A DNA stretch of 63,132 nt, filler included, from Octopus bimaculoides (taxonomy: Eukaryota): assembly GCF_001194135.2 (NCBI RefSeq). It is 6 parts of 5 records of this genome, joined end to end, with 100 filler letters (N's around TTAATTAATTAA, not from the genome) between each part and the next. Parts side by side here need not be neighbours in the genome. Positions count along the whole stretch, not along the records: positions 58,016 to 63,132 come from NC_068984.1; 5 more parts are not named here. The stretch is one strand, 5' to 3'. Every line of letters starts with the position of its first letter. Position 1 is the first letter of the stretch. A program made the position numbers and the translations under genes. Under the pieces are notes generated by a model. That model saw nothing but the letters and a program-made list of their open reading frames with translations. It was not told the origin of the DNA and did no database searches. Positions 63,040-63,132 of this stretch are shown here, piece after piece.

Positions 63040-63132
63040 GAGCCACCAACGGCGAAGTTCTTGCCATCGTTGGCGGCTTGCTTTACCGAGGTGCTAGGTG
63101 ATGCCCGTGAGGGTACTTGGCTCACCATCCCC

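Noticed and set aside
1-63132. CRISPR arrays, operons, rRNA or prokaryotic defence systems
   Set aside because: None seen. The repeats are simple-sequence or dispersed retroposons in a spliceosomal-intron eukaryotic context.

Overview
AT-rich eukaryotic scaffold window full of microsatellites, SINEs and N-gaps. It is most consistent with a coleoid cephalopod (Octopus-like) draft assembly; this is inferred from the repeat families and gap style, not verified. Best-supported host gene: the last five coding exons of a + strand spectrin-repeat protein with a C-terminal KASH domain (49497-54922). It splices cleanly in frame and ends ...PELRYINGAPPI*, an atypical KASH lacking the luminal Cys and with APPI in place of PPPX. 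Weaker host-gene evidence: two symmetric phase-1 Cys-rich/EGF-like exons on the - strand (41603-41517, 40449-40297) and two possible SLC22/MFS-like exons on the - strand (61729-61544). The rest is mostly decayed transposons: Penelope-like, Gypsy, R4/Dong-type (RLE), Tx1/L1, CR1/Jockey, two RTE copies, an intron-containing Tc1 with both TIRs, several MITEs and palindromes, and at least five SINE families. Most notable: (i) a complete tRNA-headed SINE with a perfect 15-bp TSD carrying a minimal hammerhead-ribozyme motif; (ii) the atypical KASH tail, with an open 57-codon frame behind its UGA; (iii) an RTE with a twin-priming-like 5' inversion; (iv) a 109-bp-arm palindrome inside the Tc1; (v) a TIR element whose repeats carry an octamer + CCAAT module. 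No CRISPR, rRNA or true tRNA genes were found. All calls come from manual reading; no database searches were run.
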